From Pseudomonadota bacterium (GTDB lineage: Bacteria > Pseudomonadota > Alphaproteobacteria > Micavibrionales > Micavibrionaceae), in assembly GCA_016198545.1 (NCBI GenBank), contig JACQIJ010000180.1:1-40118 (forward strand): a DNA stretch of 40,118 nt, read 5' to 3'. The notes below the pieces were generated by a model, which did no database searches, was not told the DNA's origin, and worked only from the letters and a program-made list of their open reading frames with translations. Made by a program: the position numbers and the translations under genes. Below are positions 1-6,908 of this stretch, one piece after another. Within the stretch, counting starts at the first letter, position 1; every line of letters begins with the position of its first letter.

Positions 1-2
1 AT

Positions 3-563
3 GTTCTGGAAATAGGTCTCATCGAACACCTGCAGCGCGAGGATTTAAACCCGCTGGACGAGGCGGAAGGGTACAAGAGACTCGCCGACGAATTCGGCCA
101 CACGCAGGAAAAAATCGCGGAAACGCTCGGCAAAAGCCGCAGCCACGTCGCGAACATGCTGCGCCTTCTGAACCTGCCGGAAAAAATCCGCATGCTGGTC
201 AAGAAAAGCAGCCTGACCGCCGGCCACGCCCGCGCGCTGGCGGCGATGGAGCCGGAAAGCGCGGAGCGACTGGCCGAACTCATCATCGAAAAGGGTCTGA
301 GCGTCCGCGACGCGGAGGCGCTGGCCGCCGCCAACAGCGGCAGGCCCGCGCGCGGGAAGAAAAAGGGCGCAGGCGCGAAAGGTGGCAAGGATGTCGATAC
401 GCTCGCGCTGGAGGAGGAGGTCGGCAACGCCATCGGCGCGAAAGTGTCGATCGACATGAAGCCCGGCGGGGACGGGTCGATGACGATCACGTTCAAGACG
501 CTCGACCAGCTCGACGAGGTTCTTCACCGCCTTTCGCACAACCCGGGAAGGCTGAAGGGGTAG
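3..563 (+). CDS. parB: Chromosome partitioning protein ParB/Spo0J, C-terminal part (5' end outside the window)
   Basis: The frame is open from nt 3. The translation ..LIEHLQREDLNPLDEAEGYKRLADEFGHTQEKIAETLGKSRSHVANMLRLLNLPEKI.. is the ParB HTH region. It is followed by a Lys/Gly-rich linker and the C-terminal block VSIDMKPGG..MTITFKTLDQLDEVLHRL. Stop TAG at 561-563. Confidence 0.9.
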   Translation, partial: VLEIGLIEHLQREDLNPLDEAEGYKRLADEFGHTQEKIAETLGKSRSHVANMLRLLNLPEKIRMLVKKSSLTAGHARALAAMEPESAERLAELIIEKGLSVRDAEALAAANSGRPARGKKKGAGAKGGKDVDTLALEEEVGNAIGAKVSIDMKPGGDGSMTITFKTLDQLDEVLHRLSHNPGRLKG

Positions 564-574
564 GGAAGAAGACA

Positions 575-1044
575 TGGGTAAGCGTTGCCATCGGGTTGAA
601 GGAGGCCCGGTAAGGCTTCACCCAGTCGGCCGTCCGTCCGAACGGATCCAGCACGAAGACTTTTTGTTTAAGGTCGCGGGCGCGGCGGCGGGCGGTGATG
701 GAGGCCAGCTCGCCCTTCGGGTCGATGACAAGCACGCTGCCCGGATAGAAGATGAGATTCGGAATGATGACGGAAACGCCCTTGCCGGCGCGGGAGCCGG
801 CCACGGTGATCATGTGACGGTCATCGGCCACGCCGATCAGGCGGCCATCGAGGCTGCCCAGCAACAGCCGCGCGCCGGGATTGTCGGCAGGGTAGGCGAG
901 GGCAGGATCGCGCAGGATGTCCTGCGGATCGCGCCAGGCCGCTTTCGGCGTATCGTGCTGGGTCAGAAGGCGCTTTTCATCGCCGCGCGGGAAATCGTCA
1001 AGAATGCCGGGCATCGGGTTCTCCGCAGAAGGCGATGATTCCAT
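575..1044 (-). pseudogene. TraG/VirD4-family type IV coupling ATPase, N-terminal ~155 aa only
   Basis: ATG at 1042-1044. Walker A context VAGSRAGKGVSVIIPNLIFYPGSVLVIDPKGELA and then VFVLDPFG...FNPMATL. Recognisable sequence stops about 12-25 nt from the parB stop; the ORF then runs on antisense over parB to 493. Full-length members of this family are several-fold longer. Confidence 0.7.
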
Positions 1045-1201
1045 ACCATATCTAGTAAATATCGTGCTACTGCCTGAACTTTTCTTTTCCTTTTCTTCTC
1101 ACCGGGCGTAAACCATCAATGCACATCACGCACGCTTGACTCGCTCTACCACTTGACGTACCTCGTTAATTAGGCAGGTTATTAACCCTAGGTATATAGA
1201 C

Positions 1202-2437
1202 TTGGCTATTATATATTCATCCGCAATACTCAGAACGCGCATAGGTCTATATGCCCTTATTATTTGTCTTGCTATTGCCGGGCTGTTCATTTGGCAAAAT
1301 ATCGGAAGATTGTCGGTGCCAGCGGATCCTCCAGGTTTTCTCTACTCCAAAGCATCGGTTGAAACTCTGCAGACTCTGGCGGATCAGGGTGATGATTTCG
1401 CTCATCTGTATCTCGGTTTTCGTTTTGAAGATGGCGACGACCAGACAGCAAAGGATCCCGACAAGGCTCTTGCCAACTTCCGCGCAGCGGCACGTCTAGG
1501 CAATAACGTTGCGGGGGCGCGTCTTGCCTATCTTTATCTCACGGGAGAAATGGTTCCTACGGATTATAATGAAGCGATGAAATGGGCTCTTTTGGCTTCT
1601 AGCAAGGATAATACGGATGCGATGTACTATATCGCGCACATGTATCAGTTCGGGAAAGGAGTTCAGAAGAATACGCAGAAGGCGTTTGACTATTACCTCA
1701 GGGCAGCCCAGCGCAATCATTCTGAATCTCAGTATGAAGTAGCGATCTTATATCAGCGTAGGGAGGTTGTACCAGGAAATGATGAGCAAGTGCTTCACTG
1801 GTTGACGAGATCCGCTGAGCAGGGTTATGCCCCTGCTCAGTACATGCTAGGTCGTTCTTACCTTACGGGCGATGGCGTGGAGAAGGATCTCCTGTCCGCT
1901 GGCTTGTGGCTTGGAAGAGCTGCTGATCGCAGTCAACAAGATGCCCTCGATTATTTACTTAATGCAAGACAACGCTGCACATCAGAAACGCAAGGTGACG
2001 GTAGCACTTCCCATGAAAATTATTGCCTGATCTCTGCGGGGGCAGGGGAGCCCAACGCTCAATTCTCTGTCGGCACCTATTATGACAGCGGTCATTTTCT
2101 GGCCAAAAACCCGGAGGCTGCTTTTGAATGGTATCGCAAGGCGGCTATGTCCGGACATCTCCTGGCTCAGGCGATGCTTGCCCGCGCCTATGGCAGTGGC
2201 AACGGCGTCCACAAGGATGAAATCGAATCCCTTGCCTGGTTATTGGTCGTTGCCAATCGCACATCGACTCTTCCTCATGAAATATCGGCCATCGAGATCG
2301 CCCGATCCGGGCGCAAGGTGCTCGAGGCGCGTATGTCGGTTGAGGACATTCAGATCGCTGAAACAAAAGCTGCCGCGTTTAAGGGGCTAATCATCCTTCC
2401 GGCGATCCCACGCCGAGCCCGGAGGGCCGGGTTCTGA
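1202..2437 (+). CDS. SEL1 (Sel1-like TPR) repeat protein with an N-terminal membrane anchor; the 3' end runs into the radC remnant
   Basis: Repeated blocks of the form A..W...AA.QG...AQY.LG..Y..G.GV.KD...A..W (for example AMKWALLASSKDNTDAMYYIAHMYQFGKGVQKN and AFEWYRKAAMSGHLLAQAMLARAYGSGNGVHKD). Hydrophobic N-terminus LYALIICLAIAGLFIW. The only start in frame is TTG 1202. The region is visibly AT-richer than its flanks. The last ~17 codons (from ~2386) are an out-of-frame read of the RadC JAMM motif. Confidence 0.75.
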   Translation: MAIIYSSAILRTRIGLYALIICLAIAGLFIWQNIGRLSVPADPPGFLYSKASVETLQTLADQGDDFAHLYLGFRFEDGDDQTAKDPDKALANFRAAARLGNNVAGARLAYLYLTGEMVPTDYNEAMKWALLASSKDNTDAMYYIAHMYQFGKGVQKNTQKAFDYYLRAAQRNHSESQYEVAILYQRREVVPGNDEQVLHWLTRSAEQGYAPAQYMLGRSYLTGDGVEKDLLSAGLWLGRAADRSQQDALDYLLNARQRCTSETQGDGSTSHENYCLISAGAGEPNAQFSVGTYYDSGHFLAKNPEAAFEWYRKAAMSGHLLAQAMLARAYGSGNGVHKDEIESLAWLLVVANRTSTLPHEISAIEIARSGRKVLEARMSVEDIQIAETKAAAFKGLIILPAIPRRARRAGF

Positions 2438-2550
2438 CAGCACGCCTGCGGCAGGCGGCCGAGCTGCTGGGCATCACGCTGCTTGATCACATCATCCTCG
2501 GCGAGGGCCGCATTTTCAGCTTTGCCGACCAGGGCTGGCCTGGAGCACAT
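2383..2550 (+). pseudogene. radC: RadC (JAB/MPN domain) C-terminal remnant
   Basis: The frame congruent to 1 mod 3 reads ANHPSGDPTPSPEGRVLTARLRQAAELLGITLLDHIILGEGRIFSFADQGW. This matches the RadC HNHPSGDP.PS..D..lT.rl....lLgI.vlDHiIig....SF block. There is no upstream part, no start codon, and it overlaps the SEL1 ORF tail. Confidence 0.7.
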
Positions 2551-2604
2551 ACAAGTCTGACGACGCCGGGAAGCGCACTCACGTTCTCCCGCGCCTCAAG
2601 CGGA
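2551..2604 (+). repeat. Copy A of a diverged 54-nt direct repeat (partner at 4627-4680)
   Basis: Ungapped alignment with 4627-4680 gives 45/54 identical positions (acaagtCtgacgacgcCggGaagcgcacTcaCGttCtCccgcgcctcaagcggA). Details are in the findings. Confidence 0.85.
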
Positions 2605-2676
2605 AACTGAAGGAAGACTTCTGCCGCATAGGCGGTGGAATAACGCCGAGATTGTTACCGTTGATATTGATCCTAG

Positions 2677-2946
2677 TTGTGCCGAATATACGCCTTCACG
2701 CAGGAGGGTGTTGCCATGCTTTCTTCTGTTCTGCGGAGCAAACGGGCGATTCAGGTAAACATTGGCATTATGCGCACCTTCGTCCGCCTGCGCGAAATCC
2801 TCGCCACCCATGAAGAGCTTGCCCGCAAGGTCGCCCGGCACGACCAGAAGATCGCCGTTCTGTTTGATTCCCTTCAGAAGCTTCTTGAGCCCAAGCCATC
2901 CAGGAAATACCCCATCGGCTTCGTTCCTTCCAAAGACAACGACTAG
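2677..2946 (+). pseudogene. ORF6N-domain protein, C-terminal part only
   Basis: RIYAFTQEGVAMLSSVLRSKRAIQVNIGIMRTFVRLREIL..HEELARKVARHDQKIAVLFDSLQKLL matches the end of the ORF6N domain (..YAFTEqGVAMLSSVLrS.rAi.vNi.ImRaFv.lR) and its coiled-coil tail. The same frame upstream is full of stops, so the N-terminal ~70 aa are missing. Confidence 0.65.
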
Positions 2947-2966
2947 ACCCCATCCAGGACTTATCC

Positions 2967-3233
2967 ATGCCAGCCAAATCCAAGAAGCCTGAAGGAATCC
3001 GCATCCGCTTAAACGGCCTGCGAACAACCGCCGAGCTCCGGGCCATGCTGCACGAGGCCATCGATCGCCTCGATGACATGGCCGTAACCCACATCCGCGG
3101 CGCCAATCTTTATCTCACGCCCGCGGACAGGAACGGCAGCCCCGTTAGGCCGCTCGATGCGACCCGCCGCCGGATCACGGAATTCACGATTGAAGGCCCG
3201 TATCGCAGCGCAGCCGACGAGCACGGGCTCTAA
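2967..3233 (+). CDS. Hypothetical 88-aa protein
   Basis: ATG-initiated ORF in GC-rich sequence with no overlapping better candidate. No recognisable motif and no clear Shine-Dalgarno sequence. Confidence 0.35.
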   Translation: MPAKSKKPEGIRIRLNGLRTTAELRAMLHEAIDRLDDMAVTHIRGANLYLTPADRNGSPVRPLDATRRRITEFTIEGPYRSAADEHGL

Positions 3234-3252
3234 GCCCCGCATGCGCTCGGAA

Positions 3253-3693
3253 CTACCGCTTGGCCTTACGCGGATGCGGTGCGCACATGATCGGAATCCC
3301 CGCCTTACGCGCCGCTTTTTCCAGCGCATCATCGGCCGTGGCCAGTTCCGCTCCGTTTCTGATCGCTGCATCCAGATAGGACGCGTCATATGCGGAAAGC
3401 CCGTATTCCCTTCCCAGCGGCAAGACGCCCGCGATATGAGCACTCACCGGCAGGGATACTTCCTGCACCGGAAACGCTTCCAACAAATCCATGAACCGCA
3501 GAATCTCAACCTGACTGATGCGCTTCCGTCTTTCTCCTACAAGCAGACCATTGGCGATTTCCAGCGCCCACACCGACGGTACCAGCGCCACCTGGCCCTC
3601 CAGTTCCTCAAGAACCTTGTCGGCATATGCGCTCTTCTCATCCGGAAAGCACCAGGCAAGCGTCACCGACGCATCGATCACAACGCTTCTCAA
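3253..3693 (-). CDS. vapC: PIN-domain ribonuclease toxin (VapC family)
   Basis: N-terminus VVIDASVTLAWCF.., then ..LVPSVWALEIAN.., ..LSAYDASYLDAA.. and ..LATADDAL: the acidic-residue pattern of PIN domains. It overlaps the upstream antitoxin stop by 4 nt. The start is TTG 3693, or possibly a GTG 12 nt downstream. Confidence 0.85.
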   Translation of the reverse strand: MRSVVIDASVTLAWCFPDEKSAYADKVLEELEGQVALVPSVWALEIANGLLVGERRKRISQVEILRFMDLLEAFPVQEVSLPVSAHIAGVLPLGREYGLSAYDASYLDAAIRNGAELATADDALEKAARKAGIPIMCAPHPRKAKR

Positions 3694-3935
3694 TGCCTCC
3701 TGCCCTCCTCAATCATCTCCTTGACGCTCATCGTATCGGGCTTAACCCGCTTGCGTAGATCGCGCATACCCTCGACAAGAGCGGCATGGCTCATATGCCC
3801 GGCGCGACCCTCCACAGGGACCAACATCGCGGCAGGCACGCCATGCCTCGTAATCGTGATGGTCTCCCCCTTGCTCACTCTTTCAAGCAAGGCCGAAAGA
3901 TGCGTCTTGGCCTCAAAAGCGCCTATTTTGTCCAT
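3690..3935 (-). CDS. Phd/YefM-family antitoxin
   Basis: MDKIGAFEAKTHLSALLERVSKGETITITRHGVPAAMLVPV is the Phd/YefM N-terminal fold signature. GGAGGC lies 5-10 nt upstream of the ATG (complement of 3941-3946). Translationally coupled to the PIN gene. Confidence 0.85.
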   Translation of the reverse strand: MDKIGAFEAKTHLSALLERVSKGETITITRHGVPAAMLVPVEGRAGHMSHAALVEGMRDLRKRVKPDTMSVKEMIEEGRRH

Positions 3936-3950
3936 GCTCTGCCTCCAATT

Positions 3951-3969
3951 AATCTAGTCTGAATCTAGT
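3951..3969 (-). promoter_or_regulatory. Candidate operator of the antitoxin/PIN operon (direct repeat AATCTAGT x2)
   Basis: ttAATCTAGTctgAATCTAGTttaatta lies 16-34 nt upstream of the antitoxin start in an AT-rich patch. Type II antitoxins usually autoregulate through such repeats. This is inferred from position only. Confidence 0.35.
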
Positions 3970-4265
3970 TTAATTATAGCCTTTCTCACGCCCGGCGTCA
4001 ATGCCGCCCTCTCCATCTTCGGCTCCCACGGCAGCGCAGGCCTTTCCGGCCCTTCCCTTTCATCCGCATCTCCTTCCTGCCGGGTTTTTCACCATACTCC
4101 CGCGAAGCCTAAGCGGGCGCGCCGCGCGGTCAACGGCCTGCCCGCGCCGAGAATCCGCGTTGGCCGTTTCCCCGCCTTTGCCGAAGGCGGGTGACCTTCG
4201 CGGCTTGTCCGCCCGCTTGTCTTCTTCGCGTTTTTGGAAAAACCCGTAACAAGAAGGAGAAGAAA

Positions 4266-4694
4266 ATGACTGCAACAATCCCGATACCGCTGAACAAGCT
4301 GGCCGTCTGGGACGGCAACGTCCGCAAGACGGGCGCATCCGAAGGCCTTGAGGATCTGGCCGCCTCGATCGCGGCGCACGGCCTTCTGCAAAGCCTTGTG
4401 GTAAAGGAAGCCCCTGCCAGGGGCAAAGCGAAAGGCAAATACCAGATCGTCGCCGGGCAGCGGCGGTTCATGGCTTTATCCCAACTGGCAAAGCGCGGCG
4501 CGATAGAAGCCGACCACCCGGTTCCCTGCCAGGTCATCGTGTTCATGTTCCACGAACATGCCGGCGAGGCTTTCGCAGAACCCGTGTCATTCCGCAATGA
4601 CTACTTGGCTATTTGTCAGGAAGTATACAAGTATGACGACGCGGGCAAGCGCACCCATCTTGTTCCGCGCCTCAAGCGGGATGCATCCCGATAG
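4266..4694 (+). pseudogene. ICE-type ParB-like nuclease domain protein, N-terminal ~90 aa fused to unrelated sequence
   Basis: AAGGAGA is followed by ATG at 4266. MTATIPIPLNKLAVWDGNVRKTGASEGLEDLAASIAAHGLLQSLVV....YQIVAGQRRFMALSQLAKRGAIEADHPVPCQVI is the ParB N-terminal (ParBc) signature as found in large ICE-borne ParB-like proteins. The similarity ends near 4540 and the ORF stops at 4694. Confidence 0.65.
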
Positions 4695-4846
4695 GCATGG
4701 GTTGGCGATACACAACTGTTGTTGGGAGCGCGCTTGACCGTTCCGCCGGAAGATCCGCCGCCCTGCGTTCCGGGAGTGGTGCATGACGCTGCGGAGCAAG
4801 CTACTATCATCACGAATGTGATGAGCTTATGCTGTTTGGTCAGCAA
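4616..4846 (-). CDS. Possible small lipoprotein (weak call)
   Basis: TTG start preceded by AAGG. The N-terminus MLTKQHKLITFVMIVAC has a basic n-region, a hydrophobic core and a lipobox-like IVAC, followed by a Gly/Ser-rich stretch. The 3' third of the ORF runs antisense through repeat copy B, so its true length is doubtful. Confidence 0.25.
   Translation of the reverse strand: MLTKQHKLITFVMIVACSAASCTTPGTQGGGSSGGTVKRAPNNSCVSPTHAYRDASRLRRGTRWVRLPASSYLYTS
4627..4680 (+). repeat. Copy B of the diverged 54-nt direct repeat (partner at 2551-2604)
   Basis: acaagtAtgacgacgcGggCaagcgcacCcaTCttGtTccgcgcctcaagcggG, 45/54 identical to copy A. It lies in the tail of the truncated ParB-like ORF, where it reads YKYDDAGKRTHLVPRLKR. 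Confidence 0.85.
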
Positions 4847-4906
4847 TATTTTAACCTTTATGGATTGATCACCCGCCCGCCCTCACCAAGGGAATGCGAG
4901 ATATGT

Positions 4907-5188
4907 TCACTTGATTTTGCTCTTCATGGCCTCTGCCAACCGATCAGCGAGCCAGATGAGCCATTGTTGTTCCGTCATCCCGGTAGATTTGATCGAGAAC
5001 CCGTCAATGACGCGCACTGCCTCACGCGCTGTATCTTTTGTAATTGCGGCTTCGCGCAGGAGCTGCTCTACTTCTTGTGGATCGTCAAGTGCTTCAGCGA
5101 AAGCTCGTATTGTGTCCTGATAGGATCCATAGACGTCCAAGCAGTCTTGATGAAAATAGGCCGCGAACTTTTTCTGCAATCGACTCAC
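4907..5188 (-). CDS. CdiI-like polymorphic-toxin immunity protein
   Basis: 93 aa. GTG start with GAGGAGGG 5 nt upstream. The N-terminal ..KFAAYFHQDCLDVYGS.. matches the yFhqDw motif of a CdiI immunity family. It lies directly downstream of a toxin-domain remnant in an AT-richer segment. Confidence 0.65.
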   Translation of the reverse strand: MSRLQKKFAAYFHQDCLDVYGSYQDTIRAFAEALDDPQEVEQLLREAAITKDTAREAVRVIDGFSIKSTGMTEQQWLIWLADRLAEAMKSKIK

Positions 5189-5204
5189 GAACCCTCCTCA
5201 ACCT

Positions 5205-5640
5205 GAAACTGGAAGCATAATCGGGACCTGAGTTTTTTGAAATACGTCGTGTGAGATCCGTTACATTCTTACCCACATGTTTTTCGAGAGTGTGGCCACC
5301 AGCTTTCTCATGTGCAGCAAGTCCGCCGCCTGGCACTATCTGAGATTGTTTTCCTTGGCTGCTAGTTTGTGTACTCCTGAGATTTGCAAGGCTCTGCAGA
5401 GCCTTGGCATTAACAGGGCTGCTGGCTAGCCTCGTAGTTCCAGCCAAATGCCCTCTTAGCGAGGTCGAAATTCCCTTCTGCGGCACAGCGAAGCGCTTGT
5501 GCCTGTTCTCATACCGGTCGCTGCTGTGCTGGAGAAGGGCATTCCCCCCGCCGTGCCCAAGATGGAGCGAATTCTTCTCACGGAGCAAGTGGCTGCTCTT
5601 CTTCTCTTGAAGTACCTCCCAGATCAGGTCGGACAATCTT
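5205..5640 (-). pseudogene. Orphan polymorphic-toxin C-terminal fragment (bacterial RNase A-like / CdiA-CT-like), truncated at both ends
   Basis: ORF 5094-5789 contains ..VPGGGLAAHEKAGGHTLEKHVGKNVTDLTRRISKNSGPDYASSF.. This resembles the GGHtieKHVGKt..eL..R.....p....aSsF start of bacterial RNase A-like toxin domains. The rest of the domain is absent: the frame reads across the immunity-gene RBS and start. No delivery domain lies upstream. Confidence 0.45.
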
Positions 5641-5894
5641 GCGCAGGTGCGAGCCTTCGCCTGCACCGATGATTGCGCAGCGCAGGAGCGCGTTTTCGAT
5701 GACATGAATCCAGAATATGCCGACCCCGACGATATCCGGGACGCCCTTACGCCCGAGGGCGACGTGCCCGCCACCGACAAGCGGGCCATCTATGTCGGCA
5801 TCGAGGCTTACATCAAGGCCGGCGGGAAAGCCTTGAGATTTTGTTTCTAAAACCCCTTTCCGGTTTTTAATGCAAAAGCTGTTGCCGGTATATT

Positions 5895-6908
5895 TTACTT
5901 CATGCTGCCGATGCTCAGGATCGCCTGCGCGCACAGGGTTTCGGCGGGCGTGGCGGTTTTCTTGCAGTCGGCCTCGAGCGATGAAAGGCGCGCCATGATT
6001 TTTTCGAGCGCGGGCAGTTGCCAGCGTTGCATCTGCGCGCGGAAGGAATCCGCCTGCTTGAAGAACACGGGCGGGGACAGGGTCTTTAAAATCGCGTCGG
6101 GCGCGTCGCCCGCATCGTAACGCGCCCGGGCCAGGTGCAGGCGGCGGAAATGATTTTGCAGCGCGCGTAAAATCGCGACGGCGGGCGTGCCCTCCGCGGT
6201 CAGGGTCTCGAAGGCGCGCAGCGCGATGGCGGCGTTGCCCCCGCCCGCGCCATAGGCAAGATCGTCGAGCGTGCGTTCGCCCGCGTCGCCGCAGCAATCG
6301 CGCGTGTCGTCCAGCGTTATCTGCCTGTTCACGCCCATGTAGGTGATGAGCTTTTCAAGCTCGCTGCGCGCCCGCCCGCGGTCGCCCGTAACGGCCGCGG
6401 CCAGCCACGAGGCGGCGTCGGGGCTTATGCCGAAGCCGGATTCCTGCAGCGTCCGGCGCACGAACCCGGCCATATCGCGCTCATCCTCGACATAGCAGGG
6501 GAGGGCGGCCGCGTTTTCCGCCTTTTCGAACAGCGCGCGCAGGGGCGATTTCGGGCCCAGCTCCCCCGCCATCAGGATCAGCAGGGCGTTTTCGTTCGGG
6601 GATTTCAGATAGTCCTTTATCAGCGGCGCGATGGCGTCGCGCGCGCCGTCGATGCGGATGAGCCTTTTGCCGCCCATCATCGAAATGGCGTTCGCCTCGT
6701 CCGGCAGGCGGGCCGGGTCGGCGAGAATCTGCTCCGCGGTCAGAAGGACGCTGTTGAACGGGTCGTTCAGGTCGGAGACGGCGGTTAAACCCATCGTCTT
6801 CACCCGTTCGCGCATCAGCCCGTCATCCGGCCCGTAAACAAGAATCGCCCGCGCCTTCGGGTCGGGGCTTTTGACGAACGGCTCGATCTGTTTCCAGGCG
6901 AGTTTCAT
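5895..6908 (-). CDS. holA: DNA polymerase III subunit delta
   Basis: 337 aa. MKLAWKQIEPFVKSPDPKARAILVYGPDDGLMRERV.. is the usual HolA N-terminus. ATGA start/stop overlap with lptE. Conserved leuS-lptE-holA order. Confidence 0.9.
   Translation of the reverse strand: MKLAWKQIEPFVKSPDPKARAILVYGPDDGLMRERVKTMGLTAVSDLNDPFNSVLLTAEQILADPARLPDEANAISMMGGKRLIRIDGARDAIAPLIKDYLKSPNENALLILMAGELGPKSPLRALFEKAENAAALPCYVEDERDMAGFVRRTLQESGFGISPDAASWLAAAVTGDRGRARSELEKLITYMGVNRQITLDDTRDCCGDAGERTLDDLAYGAGGGNAAIALRAFETLTAEGTPAVAILRALQNHFRRLHLARARYDAGDAPDAILKTLSPPVFFKQADSFRAQMQRWQLPALEKIMARLSSLEADCKKTATPAETLCAQAILSIGSMK

Larger units (their letters stand above)
564..5894. mobile_element. Mosaic genomic island: decayed ICE-type backbone fragments plus AT-richer cargo, between parB and holA
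   Basis: The interval holds four truncated genes of families typical of integrative conjugative elements (TraG/VirD4, RadC, ORF6N, ParB-like nuclease). It also holds a VapBC-type pair, a SEL1-repeat gene and an orphan toxin/immunity pair. No integrase, relaxase or flanking direct repeats were seen. The boundaries are simply the parB stop and the holA stop. Confidence 0.6.

Noticed and set aside
574-1038. 154-aa plus-strand ORF opposite the TraG/VirD4 fragment
   Set aside because: The minus-strand frame carries a Walker A coupling-protein signature. The plus-strand frame is a typical GC-rich antisense artefact.
3157-3957. 266-aa plus-strand ORF spanning the antitoxin/PIN pair in antisense
   Set aside because: The minus strand encodes two textbook TA proteins with a coupled stop/start. 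The plus-strand translation is Arg/Ser-rich with no motif.
4171-4191. 8-bp stem hairpin CCCGCCTT-tgccg-AAGGCGGG upstream of the ParB-like fragment
   Set aside because: There is no T-run and no gene ends immediately upstream. It is probably a relic of the ICE non-coding region, and no function can be supported.
5647-5850. GC-rich 67-aa ORF (..ERVFDDMNPEYADPDDIRDALTPEGDVPATDKRAIYVGIEAYIKAGG..) next to holA
   Set aside because: It may be one more gene remnant of the island, but I could not match it to any family and it lacks an RBS. It is mentioned in the island finding rather than called as a feature.
5849-5867. AAAACC-N7-GGTTTT hairpin downstream of holA
   Set aside because: The A/T-dominated 6-bp stem is too weak to call a terminator with confidence.
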